Counted from the stretch's first letter, positions 46,858 through 60,305 are shown. The stretch is DNA of 64,000 bases from Eledone cirrhosa (GCA_964016885.1 OZ024750.1:44268001-44332000); one strand, 5' to 3'. Numbers and translations are program-made. Notes: generated by a model not told the origin, from the letters alone.

Positions 46858-47888
46858 TTGTATATACACCCAAACCTGTACATGTATGTAAAATCAAAGC
46901 TTAAATGTTTTACATAGGATGTTTATTAGCAGAGCAGCTAAAATGAAATGAATTTACATCAACCGGCATCATCGTTATTGGATCATGACAAACGGCTGGA
47001 CAGGAACATTCTGGAAGGACCCTACATACTGCTATTTCATCAATTACTTCTCATATCGATTTGGTGTTTCAATAAAACTGGAAGAACCATAATCTGCATC
47101 AGCGTTGTCGCAGTGATTACCATGTCTTCTTACATCTGAAATATTTACAAAAAAAATCAACTATTTTCTTGGATTATGTTTTACACCAAGTTATACATAA
47201 GCAAATCTATATACACTTGCATACACTAACACAAAAATATATATTTATATATATGTCTATCTATCTTTAAGTATGTATGTATGTATGTATATATATATAT
47301 ATATATTTATATATAAACATGTCTATCTATCTCTCTTTAGTATGTATGTATATATATATATATATATATATAAATATATATATGTTCATGTATATATATA
47401 TATCTTTATATATATATATGTAAATATATGCATTTATACTTTTTTTTTTATTCACACACACAGACACACACTCACACACATAAACACACGTTTGTATTTA
47501 TATATTTATATATATATATATATATATATTATATGATGCATTATAATATAATATATATGTATGTTTGTGTCTGTATTGGTAGATGTGAAAGCATGTCATC
47601 TAGTGTTAACTCTATTGTACTTTTAAACATAAGGCTGTGGGCTCGAATCCTGGACAAGATGGCACGTTGTGATTTTGAACAGAATAGTTCAACTCATGTT
47701 ACTGCACTCACCTGAAAGTTTAGTATCAGCAGTAAGTGGTGTTTAAGCTAGCTGCAGTTAGGTGTCCTTGAAATGGGGAGCCTTGTACTCTTGTTCCTTT
47801 AAGGATGACGGAAAATGGAAAAGACTCCTGATGGGAGTCATGGCTTGGTACAGACTTTCTAAATGTTAATATATATATATATATATAT

Positions 47889-48075
47889 TACGAAGGAGGT
47901 GTGGTAAGGAACCAGATTGAAAATAACGCACCAGAGTACTCAGTACTTAGGGTAGTAGAGTGGATAATAGGAGAATGTTTGACCCTGATAGCAGAGCTCA
48001 AGCCGTTTCGACGGCAGTCCAGAATAGCCGTCGATACCGCTTGAGCTCTGCCGTCGGGGTCAAACATTATCCTAT
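47889..48075 (-). mobile_element. Family D hairpin element (reverse orientation)
   Basis: Tail on the left (acgaagg..gagtact..), hairpin on the right. Confidence 0.8.
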
Positions 48076-48213
48076 ATATATAATATATATATATATATAT
48101 ACATGTGTGTGTGCGCGTGTACATGTATATATATATATATGTAAACAAGGTTTAGTAAATAATGAAAAAGTTTCAAAATAAATTTTAAAAGATTGACTTT
48201 ACCTACTATAGTT

Positions 48214-48297
48214 ACCTTTACCGATCGGTTTCGAATCCCAAAAATAAAACGGAGACCATACGGCCTTCGTTGCAAAGAGAGATTCTCGTCAGAGGTT
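48214..48297 (-). ncRNA. Hammerhead ribozyme with long stem II
   Basis: The minus strand reads acct-CTGACGA-gaatctc..gggattc-GAAA-ccgatcgg-TA-aaggt. Stem III is the palindrome ACCGATCGGT; stem I is imperfect. Confidence 0.65.
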
Positions 48298-48391
48298 CTT
48301 TTCATTCAAAGAATATAAAATTCCTGAATTTAAATCACAAACTAGCGCTATCAAAAACTGTTCCTGGGATGAGAGTGGATGATGTAGAACA

Positions 48392-48456
<65 letters not shown>

Positions 48457-48643
48457 AGATATACATATTAAATGTTTAGAAAAAGTCTGTACCGTGTATG
48501 TATATATCTATATATCTATATATCTATATGTGTGTGTGTGTGTTTACAAATATGTTTATAAATATATGTATGAGTGTCTGTTTTTTTGGTGTTTATGTAC
48601 ATATGTCTTTTTGTGTTTGTGGTCTATACACACACACACACAC

Positions 48644-48685
<42 letters not shown>

Positions 48686-49085
48686 ACTAGGGGCAAAACA
48701 AAACAGAATCAAAATAAAAACAAGAGAAAATAAAGGCCACCTGAGATTTAATAGCAGTTCCTTCCTTTATCGCTATATCGGATTAATTTCACAATAATAT
48801 ATAATTACAATAAACCTAATCTAATTTTGGGATTTGTTAATTTCAGTCATTTCTCTAAAATTATGAAAATTCTCTCTGATAATGCTGTCAACTACAAAAT
48901 ATTTAACACACACACTCAAGCACACACACACACATATATATATAAACATATATAAATAAATATATAAATATACATATATATATAGATGTACTTCGCACAA
49001 ACACACACACAAATATATACATATATATATATAAGTATATATATATATAACATATAATATATATATAATATACAATATAAGTATA

Positions 49086-49184
<99 letters not shown>

Positions 49185-49616
49185 GTTTCTACATTTGGCA
49201 CAAACCCAGCAATTACCCAGCACATTACTGGTACTTTATTTTATCGAGCCCGTAAGGATGAAAGGCAAAGTAAACCTCGGCAATGTATAATATTTCGGGT
49301 TATAGCTTCTGTCGCTCAGAGAGTGGGATTGGTTCAGGGCACCGTCTTTGCTCACTTAAAAAAAAATCTTCACGCACAAGCATTGCACGATAGAATTAAT
49401 TGATAATCATTAATAATGTTATATCGTGTAATAGCCATACTCGTTAACGAGTGTGTAGCCATCATATATATATATACATATATATATATGAATAAAGTTA
49501 GTCCTTCATCAGTGATCTTCCAACCATCATCGGTATTTCATCGCTGGAAGATGTCTGATGAAGGACTAACGTTATTCATATGTAACCCATTAGCAACGAC
49601 GCAGCACGTTTATTCT

Positions 49617-49652
<36 letters not shown>

Positions 49653-49709
49653 CTTGAACGAAGAGATGAATTCCTGAGAACTAATCCAATATGGATTAGT
49701 ACATACATA

Positions 49710-49796
<87 letters not shown>

Positions 49797-49803
49797 ATAT
49801 ATG

Positions 49804-49859
<56 letters not shown>

Positions 49860-49862
<3 letters not shown>

Positions 49863-50008
49863 ATAATAATAAATTTGAAGACTAAAATCCAAAGAAGGCT
49901 CGATAAGGATAAATATATATCAAATATATAAGAACCGTTATAGTTTCAGAAGATCCCGTTCAGGGTGAAAGCAGCGATTCTTTGCTTAAACTTTAATCTG
50001 TTATTTAA

Positions 50009-50012
<4 letters not shown>
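49860..50012 (-). mobile_element. Family J fold-back fragment
   Basis: Tail matches 61805-61878, and the inverted segment matches 61890-61962. Confidence 0.8.
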
Positions 50013-50039
<27 letters not shown>

Positions 50040-50043
<4 letters not shown>

Positions 50044-50350
50044 ATCAAAAGATCGTTAAATGAGTTCCATGTATTTTTTTATGCGCATTTCAAAAACAAA
50101 TATCATTATGCAATAACATTTGTGTTTTCATCAGATACAATATGAGGACATGATCATTTTATCTGATGAAAACACAAATGTTATTGCATGATGATATTTG
50201 TTTTTGAAATGCGCATAATAAAATACATGGAACTCATTTAACCATCTTTTGATCTTATATATTATATATACTCCAGTCCTACAAATTGTAGAGTGCTTCT
50301 TATCCGATATCTGCATTGCTTTATTGTACTACAATAAAACTCACCTCCTA
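50040..50350 (+). mobile_element. Family C fold-back element; hammerhead 50156-50224
   Basis: attttat-CTGATGA-aaacacaaatgt..atatttgttttt-GAAA-tgcgca-TA-ataaaat, with a mirror copy in the left arm. Tail with GAGTGCT at 50291. Confidence 0.85.
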
Positions 50351-50392
50351 CATATATACATATATATATTTTTATATATATATATATATATG

Positions 50393-50425
<33 letters not shown>

Positions 50426-50649
50426 GTGGTCGCTTTGGAAGCCTCAACAATGCAGAGAGAGAGAGAGAGGATGTGTGGAGGGGTGTGTTAAATAATATAA
50501 AACGGGTAATTTATTTATGAACCCCAGAATTATAAAAGGCACAGAAGACCATGGGTGGATTTGAACTTGAGGCGCAAGGAGCAGGAAATAAAAAAAAAAT
50601 AGCACCGATCTATTTTTATACCACTGTCTAGTCTATCACATTAAAAACA

Positions 50650-51097
50650 TATTTGTTTCTACGTTAGGCACAAGGCCAGCAATTACCCAGTTTATTACTG
50701 GTACTTTATTTTATCGACCCCCGTAAGGATGAAAGGCAAAGTCAACCTCGGCGGGATTTGAACTCAGAATGGCAAAAATATAATTGTTTCTACTTTAGGC
50801 ACAAGGCCAGCAATAACCCAGTTCATTACTGGTACTTTATTTTATCGACCCCGTAAGTATGAAAGGCAAAGTCAACCTCGGCGGGATTTGAACTCAGAAT
50901 GGCAAAACTATAATTGTTTCTACTTTAGGCACAAGGCCAGCAATTACCGAGTTCATTACTGGTACTTTATTTTATCGACCCCGTAAAGATGAAAGGCAAA
51001 GTCAACCTCGGCGGGATTTGAACTCAGATCGTAAAAGGGACGTAACTATGCTGGAAAGCATGGCGTCCGACCCTCTACCGATACTGCCAATCCACCT
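50650..51097 (-). mobile_element. Major SINE tandem array (one head, three ~130-bp 3' units)
   Basis: ttgtttctac starts at 50653, 50784 and 50914. Confidence 0.85.
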
Positions 51098-51419
51098 ATC
51101 ATTAAAAACATATTATCTTTTGATATGCCGTACATAAATATACTTGTATTCTCTTATTGGTTTCAGTCATTGATCGGCAGCCATCTTGAGACGCATACTT
51201 TAAGGGTTGTACTGGATCATAGCGATCTATGTTATTATTAAAGTCTGGCACTTATTTTATCGATCTTTATTTATTGGCCTTCAAACTATATTTCTGCATT
51301 TAATGGTTTGTATAATGTATAGCTGTAGTTGTATTACGAAAAAAAAACCCCTTCTCTCTCTCCTTCCCTCCTTCTTCTCTTTTTGTTTCTCTCCCTCTCC
51401 TTCTCTCCATATATATATA

Positions 51420-51474
<55 letters not shown>

Positions 51475-51496
51475 GCATACACACGTATATCTATAT

Positions 51497-51558
<62 letters not shown>

Positions 51559-51629
51559 GTGTGTATGCGTGTGTGAGTGTGTGTGTAATAAAAAAGACAA
51601 CAAGAATAAAAGAACAGACTTAAACAATA

Positions 51630-51723
<94 letters not shown>

Positions 51724-51802
51724 ATATATAATTTTAATATATGTATATACTTATATAGATTATATACATATATGTATATATAACATACATACATTTCTAC
51801 AT

Positions 51803-51858
<56 letters not shown>

Positions 51859-51862
<4 letters not shown>

Positions 51863-52060
51863 ATGGTTGACCCCTACGGCAGAGCTCAAGCCGTTTCGAC
51901 GGCTATTTCTGGACTGAAATAGTCCAGAAATAGTCGTCGAAACGGCTTGATTTCTGCCGTCGGGGTCAAATATTTTCCCACTACCCACTCTACTGCCCTA
52001 AGTATTGAGTACTCTAGTGCGTTATGGTCCATCTGGTTCCTCACCACACCTCCTTCGTTA
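51859..52060 (+). mobile_element. Family D hairpin element
   Basis: Apex ctggact-gaaat-agtccag plus the conserved tail. Confidence 0.85.
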
Positions 52061-52194
52061 TATTTATATATATATATGCCTTTTTACATTACGTAGACAC
52101 GTTCGTTTTTCACCCTAAAATGAAATCATAAACTGACGTTGAAACCTGGTCAAAGAGACATTTGACATCTTTCCTGTCTCATGAATGTTTGTAG

Positions 52195-52735
52195 AACCAC
52201 CACAACTACCAACACCACTACTATTACCACTACATCTACCACAACTACCAACACTACCACAACTACCAACACCACCACCAGTACCACCACAACTACCACA
52301 ACTACCAACACCACTACTACTACCACCACAACTACCACAACTACCAACACCACCACCACTACCACGACAACTACCACACCTACCAACACCACCACCACCA
52401 CTAACACTACCACAGCTATCAACACCACTACCAAACCTACCAACACCACAACCACCTCTACCACTACCACTAACACCACAACTACCACAACTAAAAACAC
52501 CACCACCACCACCACCACTACCACCACAACTACCACGACTACCAACACCACTACTACTACCACCACAATTACCACAACTACCAACAACACCACCACTACT
52601 ACCACAACTACCACACCGACCAACACCACCACCACCACTACCACTACCACAACTATCAACACCACTACCACTACCACCACCACTAACACTACCACAACTA
52701 CCAACACCACCATAACTACCACTACCGACACCACA
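52195..52735. repeat. (CCACAACTA)-type 9-mer/(CCA)n compound repeat
   Basis: Direct sequence. Confidence 0.9.
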
Positions 52736-52739
52736 TGCC

Positions 52740-53090
52740 TTAATAATTGTTTCTACATTTTGGCACAAGGCCAGCAATTAACCAGTGTATTACTGGTACT
52801 TTATTTTATCGACCCCGTAAGGATGAAAGGCAAAGTTAACCTCGGCGGGATTTGAACTCAGAATGGCAAGGGCCGTAACTCTATACGTCAAAGCATGGCG
52901 TCCGACCCTCTACCAATACTGCCAATCCAACCAGCGCCAATAAATAATTGTTTCTACTTTTTGGCACAAGGCCAGCAATTATTCCAGTGTATTACTGGTA
53001 CTTTATTTTATCGACCCCGTTAGGATGAAAGGCAAAGTTAACCTCGACGGGATTTGAACTCAGAATGACAAGGGCCGTAACTCTATTTCA
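52740..53090 (-). mobile_element. Two tandem major SINE copies
   Basis: SINE motifs at 52740-52930 and 52940-53090. Confidence 0.85.
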
Positions 53091-53199
53091 AGCAGACAAA
53101 GTGAGCCACTGTCTCTCATGCGGGCTATCGTCTGCCTGTAAGTGCATATGTGTATAATAGGAACTTAATAATTCCACATGACTGACATATGTAGAAATA

Positions 53200-53730
53200 G
53201 AAAATACTCTTTATGGTCTGAGTTCGAATCCCGCCGAAGTCAACTTTGCTTCTCATTATTCTGACGCCAGTAATGGTGGTGGATTGGCAGTGTCGGTAGA
53301 GGGTCGGACGCCATGCTTTCTAGCATAGAGTTACTGCCCTTTATGTTCTCAGTTCAAATCCCGCCGAGGTTAACTTTGCTTCTCATTATTCTTACGCCAG
53401 TAATGGTGGTGGATTGGCAGTATCGGTAGAGGGTCGGACGCCATGCTTTCTAGCATAGAGTTACGGCCCTTTATGTTCTCAGTTCAAATCCCGCTGAGGT
53501 TAACTTTGCTTCTCATTATTCTTACGCCAGTAATGGTGGTCGATTGGCAGTATCGGTAGAGGGTCGGACGCCATGCTTTCTAGCATAGAGTTACGGCCCT
53601 TTATGGTCTGAGTACAAATCGCGCCGAGGTTAACTTTGCCTTTCATCCTTACGGGGTCGATAAAATAAAGTACCAGTAATGTGCTGGGTAATTGGTGGCC
53701 TTGTGCCAAAAAGTAGAAACAATTATTCTT
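53200..53730 (+). mobile_element. Major SINE tandem array (repeated 130-bp 5' head, single 3' end)
   Basis: taatggtggt starts at 53271, 53401 and 53531. Confidence 0.85.
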
Positions 53731-54115
53731 CCGCCAGCAATATAAGGTACCAGTCACGAACTAGGGTTGATGTGTGATAGACATTCCCCTCTCTTGAAAT
53801 TACTAATATTGTGCTGATATTAGAAAACAATAATTACGAAAATGTAGGTTTTGGAAACGAAACCGGATACGGAAGTAAAGTTTCATACGGATAATTACTT
53901 GAAAGAAAAAAGCATTTAGATCTTATATCAACAAAAACAGAAAAAAAAGGGAAACATGAAGATAATTGAAATCGAAAATAATATGCAACATACACACATG
54001 CACAAACACGTGCACACACACACACGCACATACATACATACAAATACACACACACATTCGCAGACACACATCCACCCAAACACCCACCCCATATATATAT
54101 ATATATATATATATA

Positions 54116-54321
54116 GGAACCAGTAAGACCCCGACGGCTGAGCTCAAGCCGTTTCGACGGCTAATTCTGGACTCAGAATTCTGGAGTCCAGAATTAGCCG
54201 TCGAAACGGCTTGAGCTCAGCCGTCGGGGTCTTACTGGTTCCTATTACCCACTCTACTACCCTAAGTATTGAGTACTTTGGTGCTTTATGGTCCACCTGG
54301 TTCCTTACCACATTTCCTTCG

Positions 54322-54324
<3 letters not shown>
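54116..54324 (+). mobile_element. Family D element with perfect 59-bp arms
   Basis: 54116-54174 is the exact reverse complement of 54184-54242, then a tail to 54324. Confidence 0.9.
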
Positions 54325-54368
<44 letters not shown>

Positions 54369-54370
<2 letters not shown>

Positions 54371-54601
54371 CAAAGGGATTTAATTTGTTGGTAATTCACC
54401 AAATATATATATTAATAACAGTTTCGAAGCACCTAATAGGTAAAACTTGAACCGTTAAGGTCTCATTCCTGGATATGTTTAATATTCATAAAACAAGCTT
54501 TGTATTTTATCTGATGAGAGCGTCCGAAATTTTGGAACCCTTGAAATATATACAATAGAATAAATATGGTTTTATAAATATAGTTTCCATTTATTTAATA
54601 T

Positions 54602-54682
<81 letters not shown>

Positions 54683-54810
54683 TAATGAACGAAATATATA
54701 TACTTTATATCATCACTATTTATTTTATTATATATATTTCGTAGATGTAAAGTTTTATTTTTAACATAGAACAAATCATGTATTCTTCAGACAAAATCCA
54801 TACGAGATGT
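54369..54810. mobile_element. Two family A-like fragments facing each other across (TA)n, each with a hammerhead core
   Basis: + strand CTGATGA at 54511 and GAAA at 54543, with U16.1 mutated to C. The - strand at 54720-54797 reads attttgt-CTGAAGA..GAAA-tatata-TA-ataaaat. Confidence 0.65.
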
Positions 54811-54989
54811 ATTATTATATATATACATATATGTAATCTGAGTTTTTCGAATATTAATAATAACATTCGATTCGTTTGCAATTATGCAAACAACCCTCAT
54901 TTTTAAAGCCATGTCAATAGAATGAACACTTCATTCTTGTCAATACAATGAACCCCCTCATTCTTCCGCTTGTGTTGACATTTAAACAG

Positions 54990-55037
54990 AACTGCAGACA
55001 CTAATGTTTCTGGGTATCACCCTTCATCAGTACAGCT
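54990..55037 (-). ncRNA. Canonical hammerhead ribozyme with GUC site
   Basis: The minus strand reads gctgta-CTGATGA-aggg(tgata)ccca-GAAA-ca(ttag)tg-TC-tgcagt. Confidence 0.75.
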
Positions 55038-55161
55038 CACTGTTCACCTGCCAACAGTCAGAGTTAGTGAAAATATATGGTAATTTCTAAAATATACAGT
55101 GACTGATCGGCCTGATTAGCATATTAGCAGACTGGCTGATCAGTCAGATCTGCACATAATT

Positions 55162-55227
<66 letters not shown>

Positions 55228-55230
<3 letters not shown>

Positions 55231-55533
55231 GTAATAAACAACATAAGGCAATTATTCCATTTACCAGTGGTTTCTTAAAAGCAAAAAATTTTGCTTTCAA
55301 TCCTCAAAATGAAAAAAATCCTGATCTGTTTATTGAATTTGGATTTTTAAAATCCAAATTCAATAAACAGACCAGGATTTTTTCATTCTGAGGATTGAAA
55401 GCAAAATTTTTTGCTTTTAAGAAACCACTGGTAAATGGAATAATTGCCTTATGTTGTTTATTACATAACTATTTAGCTCTGTTACCTACATAGAGCACTC
55501 TTTTTTCCTGGACTTTTCCGACGGAATTACTTC

Positions 55534-55537
<4 letters not shown>
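55228..55537 (+). mobile_element. Family I fold-back element
   Basis: Arms of ~120 bp with apex near 55347. Truncated core CTGAGGA-tt-GAAA. Tail with GAGCACT at 55493. Confidence 0.8.
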
Positions 55538-55571
<34 letters not shown>

Positions 55572-55792
55572 AGAAGCAAAAAATTGCTTATTGTGATCCA
55601 GTTCTTGGTTAAGAAAATGTGAAAATATGAAAATAAAAATTACGGGCGAAAGGGAACGCAAAGAAATACCTATGATTCCTAGCAGACAACTGACGATGGA
55701 TATTGCCCTCTGTCGCCCGTGACTTTTATTTTCATTTTTCTTAAATGCAACCACACAGCCCGCCATTAAATATATATATATATATATATATA

Positions 55793-56051
55793 GTTATGTA
55801 ATAAACAACATAAGGCAATTATTTCATTTACCAGTGGTTTCTTAAAAGCCAAAAAATTTTGCTTACAATCATCAGAATGAAAAAATCCTTTTTTTTTCAT
55901 TCTGATGATTCAAAACAAATTTTTCTTGCTTTTAAGAAACCACTGGTAAATGAAATAATTGCCTTATGCTGTTTATTACATAACTATTAAGCTCTATTAT
56001 CTACATAGAGCACTCTTTTTTCCTGGACTTTTCCGACGGAATTACTTCATT

Positions 56052-56052
<1 letters not shown>
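55793..56052 (+). mobile_element. Family I fold-back element, second copy with a different turn-around point
   Basis: Same arms and tail as 55228, with apex near 55888. Confidence 0.8.
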
Positions 56053-56088
<36 letters not shown>

Positions 56089-56524
56089 GTATGTATATAT
56101 TCATGTGTAGTTAAGAAGTACACTTGGCATTTATGTAAATTTTGCCTGGATCTCAATCTTTGTCATATTTGACAAGTGTCTACTCGAGAGAAACTGTCTA
56201 GTTGTCTTACACACGCACACACATACACACACGCACACACATACACACATACACACACACCACACATACAGACACACACACACACTCACACACAAACCCA
56301 CACACACACAAATTCAAACATACACAAACATATTCTCACAACCACATACAGATAAACACACACACGCACACACACACACATACACACACACACACCACTC
56401 ATACCACACACACACGCACATCACAGTAACACACACACACACTCACACGCACACACACACACTCACACGCACACACACACTCACACACACGCAATATAAA
56501 ACACCACATATCTTTGATTTCGAT

Positions 56525-56990
56525 GAGTGGGTGAGTGGACGAGTGGGTGAGTGGGTGGGGGTGAGGGATGAGCGGGTGTGTGGGGTGGGTGGGTGTGTGA
56601 AGGGGTGAGGTAGTGAGTGTGTGAGAGGGTGAGGGGTGAGTTGGTGAGTGGGTGAGTGTGTGAGTGGGTGAGTGGTCGGGTGGTCGGGTGGTCGGGTGGT
56701 CGAGTGGGTGGGTGGGCGAGTGGGTGAGTGGGTGAGTGGGTGAGTGAGTGGGGGTGAATGGGGGTGAGTGTGTTAAGGGGTGAATGGGGGGTAGTGGGTG
56801 AGGGGTTAGGGGTGAGGGGTTTGAGGGGTGAGGGTGTGTGTGGGTGAGTGTGTGAGTGGGTGTGTGGTCAGGTGGTCGGGTGGTCGAGTGGGTTTTTAGT
56901 GAGTGAGTGAGTGGGTGACGGGGTTTAGGTGTGAGTGGGAGAGTGGGCAAGGGCTGAGGGGCTGAGGAGCTGAGGGGCTGAGGGGGTGAG
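56525..56990. repeat. G-rich (GGGT/GAGT)n low-complexity tract
   Basis: Direct sequence with many GGG runs. Confidence 0.85.
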
Positions 56991-57867
56991 TAGCAATAAA
57001 GAGAACAGTTGATTATGCCAACCCGAAAATGTAACTGGTACTTTATTTGATGAAATCCAGAAGAATTAAAGAGAAACGCCCCAGAAATATACCAAAATAA
57101 ATTGTTGATGTTATTATTGATGTTGTAGTTGTTGTTGTTGTATTTGTTACAGTTGTAGTTGTTGTAGTTGGTGTTACAGTTGTTACAGTTGTTGTTGTTG
57201 TTGTTGTTGTTGTTTAACCCCAGGTTTGATCAGAAGTAGCAGCCATAAATAATGATAGACCTCCACTTCATAAACAAAGTTCAACTGAACTGGGACTACG
57301 TCAACACATTTGAGCTTGCCTACTTCAAAAGATGATAGTGAGGTGTAATCTAAATGTAGATTTGGCTGCTATTTCTAGTATAAATAAGAGACCCTTGTAT
57401 TTGACTCCACAAATATCGGTAAATGAATTAAAGTGAAAATATATCCTACGTAATGTCATTCTTCAGCCCTGATATATTTTTGTTGTTGGTGTGGGTGTTG
57501 TTGTTGTTATTATTATTGTTATTCGTGTTGTTGTTGTTGTTACTGTTATAGCTGTAGCTGTTGTTATTGTTGTTGTTGTTGTTGTTATTGTTATTGTTGT
57601 TGTAGCTGTTGTTATATTTGTAGCTATTGTTATATTTGTAGCTATGTTGTTGTTCTCGTTGTTGTTTGTATTTATTGCTGTTGGTAAGCCCTATATCAGC
57701 ACTGGTCAAGAGAACATTGTCAATAACGGTCCAGCCATGACCATCACGTCTGATATTCTGGTAGGCTTACAGTTAACAAAACACGGTTAAGAAGTCATTG
57801 CATTATTCAGAGTATCAATTGTATAAAGTATCTATAATACACACAAAACAAATATATTTTGTGCACT

Positions 57868-57939
<72 letters not shown>

Positions 57940-58200
57940 TAATAGAAAAGGCTTCTACAGGACTAGTACTGTTTCATTCGGGATATATATATATATATAT
58001 ATATACATATATATATACATAAATATATATAAACACACACACGCGCGCACACACACACATATATACATATATTTGTTTGTGTGTGTGTGTGTTTGTGTTT
58101 GTTTGTGTGTGTATGAGTGGGTGTGTGTGTGGATGGTTAGATAGATGAATAGATAAATACATAGATAGACAAATGAATAGATAGATAGATGGATAGATAT

Positions 58201-58706
58201 GTTTCTTTATTAGCCACAGGGGCACAAAAGAAGGGGACAAATACAAAGGGGGAAGTTTACATACAATAAAAACGTGTAAAATGTTATCACAAATGCAATT
58301 TAAAAAATTAGTCGATTTTCCCCAATAGGGGGAGATAGTTCATATGGGTAACGCGTACCCCCGAAAAAATGTGCAACCCTCATCTCCAGGAGTACGAAGA
58401 GTTTGTACCCCTTTCCACTCCTCCTCCTTATCCTCAACCTACAGGTTGATATAGAGAGAAGGCCCAATCACTCGGGCCATTCTCGCCACTTTCACCCACC
58501 TTTCATAAAACTTGCTGGGGTACAGCACCTCTCTCTCCATCCTGATTCTTCTTCCAAAGTAGTATTTGAAAAAAAAGAATCAGTTGTTGGCCGGAGAGAA
58601 AGGTGTCTGACCTCAGCCCTTTCAACCTTGTCCACCATACAACCTCTTTCCCCATAGCTATCACACAAAGGAAAACTGCCTCTCCTTCGTTTTTGAAGGA
58701 GGGTGA
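58201..58706 (-). mobile_element. 5'-truncated L1/Tx1-like LINE 3' end within (GATA)n
   Basis: The minus frame reads AVFLCVIAMGKEVVWWTRLKGLRSDTFLSGQQL.., resembling the L1/Tx1 ORF2 C-terminus. The 3' UTR ends AATAAAGAAAC then (TATC)n. Confidence 0.55.
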
Positions 58707-58730
58707 ATAGATAGATAGATAGATAGTTAG

Positions 58731-58766
<36 letters not shown>

Positions 58767-59072
58767 TTGTTTCTTTTATTTGCCACCAGGGCATCAAAAT
58801 TGGGACAAGTACAATGGGGGGAGTTTACAAAACAAGGCGTCCTCAATAAGGAGGAGGCAATAACAAAATATAAAATAAAATAAAATATAACAGAATAAAA
58901 TTTATAACAAAATCCTCAATAGAGAGGAGGCGCCTTGGGGGGTCGCACACACCCCCGAAAAAAGTGTGCAACCCTTTTCCTCAGGAGCACAGAGAAGGGG
59001 TGCTCCCTTGGTCTTTCATCTTCCTCACCTATAGTCTGATGTAGAGTGAAGGCCCATTCACACGGGCCATTA
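58767..59072 (-). mobile_element. Second, shorter copy of the same LINE 3' end within (GATA)n
   Basis: Shares gtttct-ttatt-gccac-ggg-ca, ccccgaaaaaa-tgtgcaaccc and gaaggccca-tcac-cgggccatt with 58201-58485. Confidence 0.7.
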
Positions 59073-59199
59073 GATAGATAGATAGATAGATAGAACAATA
59101 TATATATTGCTGAGTGTTTGTCCTCAGAGCGACACTTAACCATGTAGATCTCTGCGGAAACGTTTAGTGAGAGGCGGGGGGGGGGGGGAGGACTCGGTT

Positions 59200-59417
59200 G
59201 GAATCAATCAATCAATATCTTCGTCTCTACTTCTCTCTCTTCCTCTCTCTCTATGTCTGTCTGCCTGCCTCTCTTTCTCTCTCTCTCTCTATCCCCCTTC
59301 TCTCTCTCTCTTTGTCTGTATATATCGTCGTCTCTACTTCTCTCTCTCCCATTTCACCACGTCTAACTTTTTTTTTCTTTGTCATATCTTCTAACGCTAT
59401 TCCCCTCTTTATCGCTG

Positions 59418-59455
<38 letters not shown>

Positions 59456-59790
59456 CGTCTGTCTCTCTCTCTCCATCTCTCTCTCTATGTATGTCTGTCT
59501 GTCTCTCTCTCTCCCTCTCTCTCTCTTTTTCTCTCTCTCTCTCGCTCTCCCTCTCTGTCTCTATTTCTCCCCCTCTCTCTCTCTGCCTGTCTCTCTCTCT
59601 CTCTGTCTGTCTGTCTCTCTCAGTCTCTCTCTGTCTCTCTCTCTCCCTCTCTCTCAGTCTCTCTCAGTATCTCTCTCTCTTTCTCTCTCTGTCTGCATCT
59701 CTCTGTCTCTCTCTCTGTCTGTCTCTCTCAGTCTCTCTCTCTCTCTCTCTCTCTATCCGTTTCTCTCTCTCTCTCTCTTACTCTCCCTTT
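59200..59790. repeat. (CT)n/(CTGT)n pyrimidine tract
   Basis: Direct sequence. Confidence 0.95.
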
Positions 59791-60099
59791 CTCCACTCCC
59801 TCACTACCACACAGCCTTGTCGTACACCACTAGTGAGTGTACGAGAAGGTTAAGCATGTGAAAGAGCCGTCGTTGTGTCCTTCCCTGAGAAGTTTGTTGT
59901 GTAATCACCAAGGACATCAATAAGATAAATCTCTGTCGCTAAAGACACAGACGTCGTTATCACTGACACATATCACACACTATTGACAACCAGCTCTACA
60001 ATATTTCATAGCTAGGGTTTCAATCCTATAGTGCGGAGAATGCTGATATATATATATTATATATCCATACATATTATATACTATGTATGTATATATATA

Positions 60100-60303
60100 A
60101 AGGAACGATCAACTTTCGTCAAATCGGACCGAGGGAACAATGTTTCCGTTGGTCTTTCCAATTGCTAATACTATCTATCGGTCGCAACTCCAGGTAGAAG
60201 GAGCAACGTGAAATAAAGTGTCAAGGACATAACGCATCGCCAGGAATCGAACTCACAACCTTACGATTGCGAATCCAATTCTCTAACCACTCAGCCACAA
60301 GCC
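60100..60303 (-). mobile_element. tRNA-derived SINE (second family, CORE-like central motif)
   Basis: Minus-strand A-box TGGCTGAGTGG, B-box GTTCGATTCC, then tgtccttga..cactttatttcacgttgctcc. Confidence 0.8.
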
Positions 60304-60305
60304 TT

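Noticed and set aside
56790-56935. Telomere-like TTAGGG/TTAGG
   Set aside because: Isolated single matches in a G-rich low-complexity tract.
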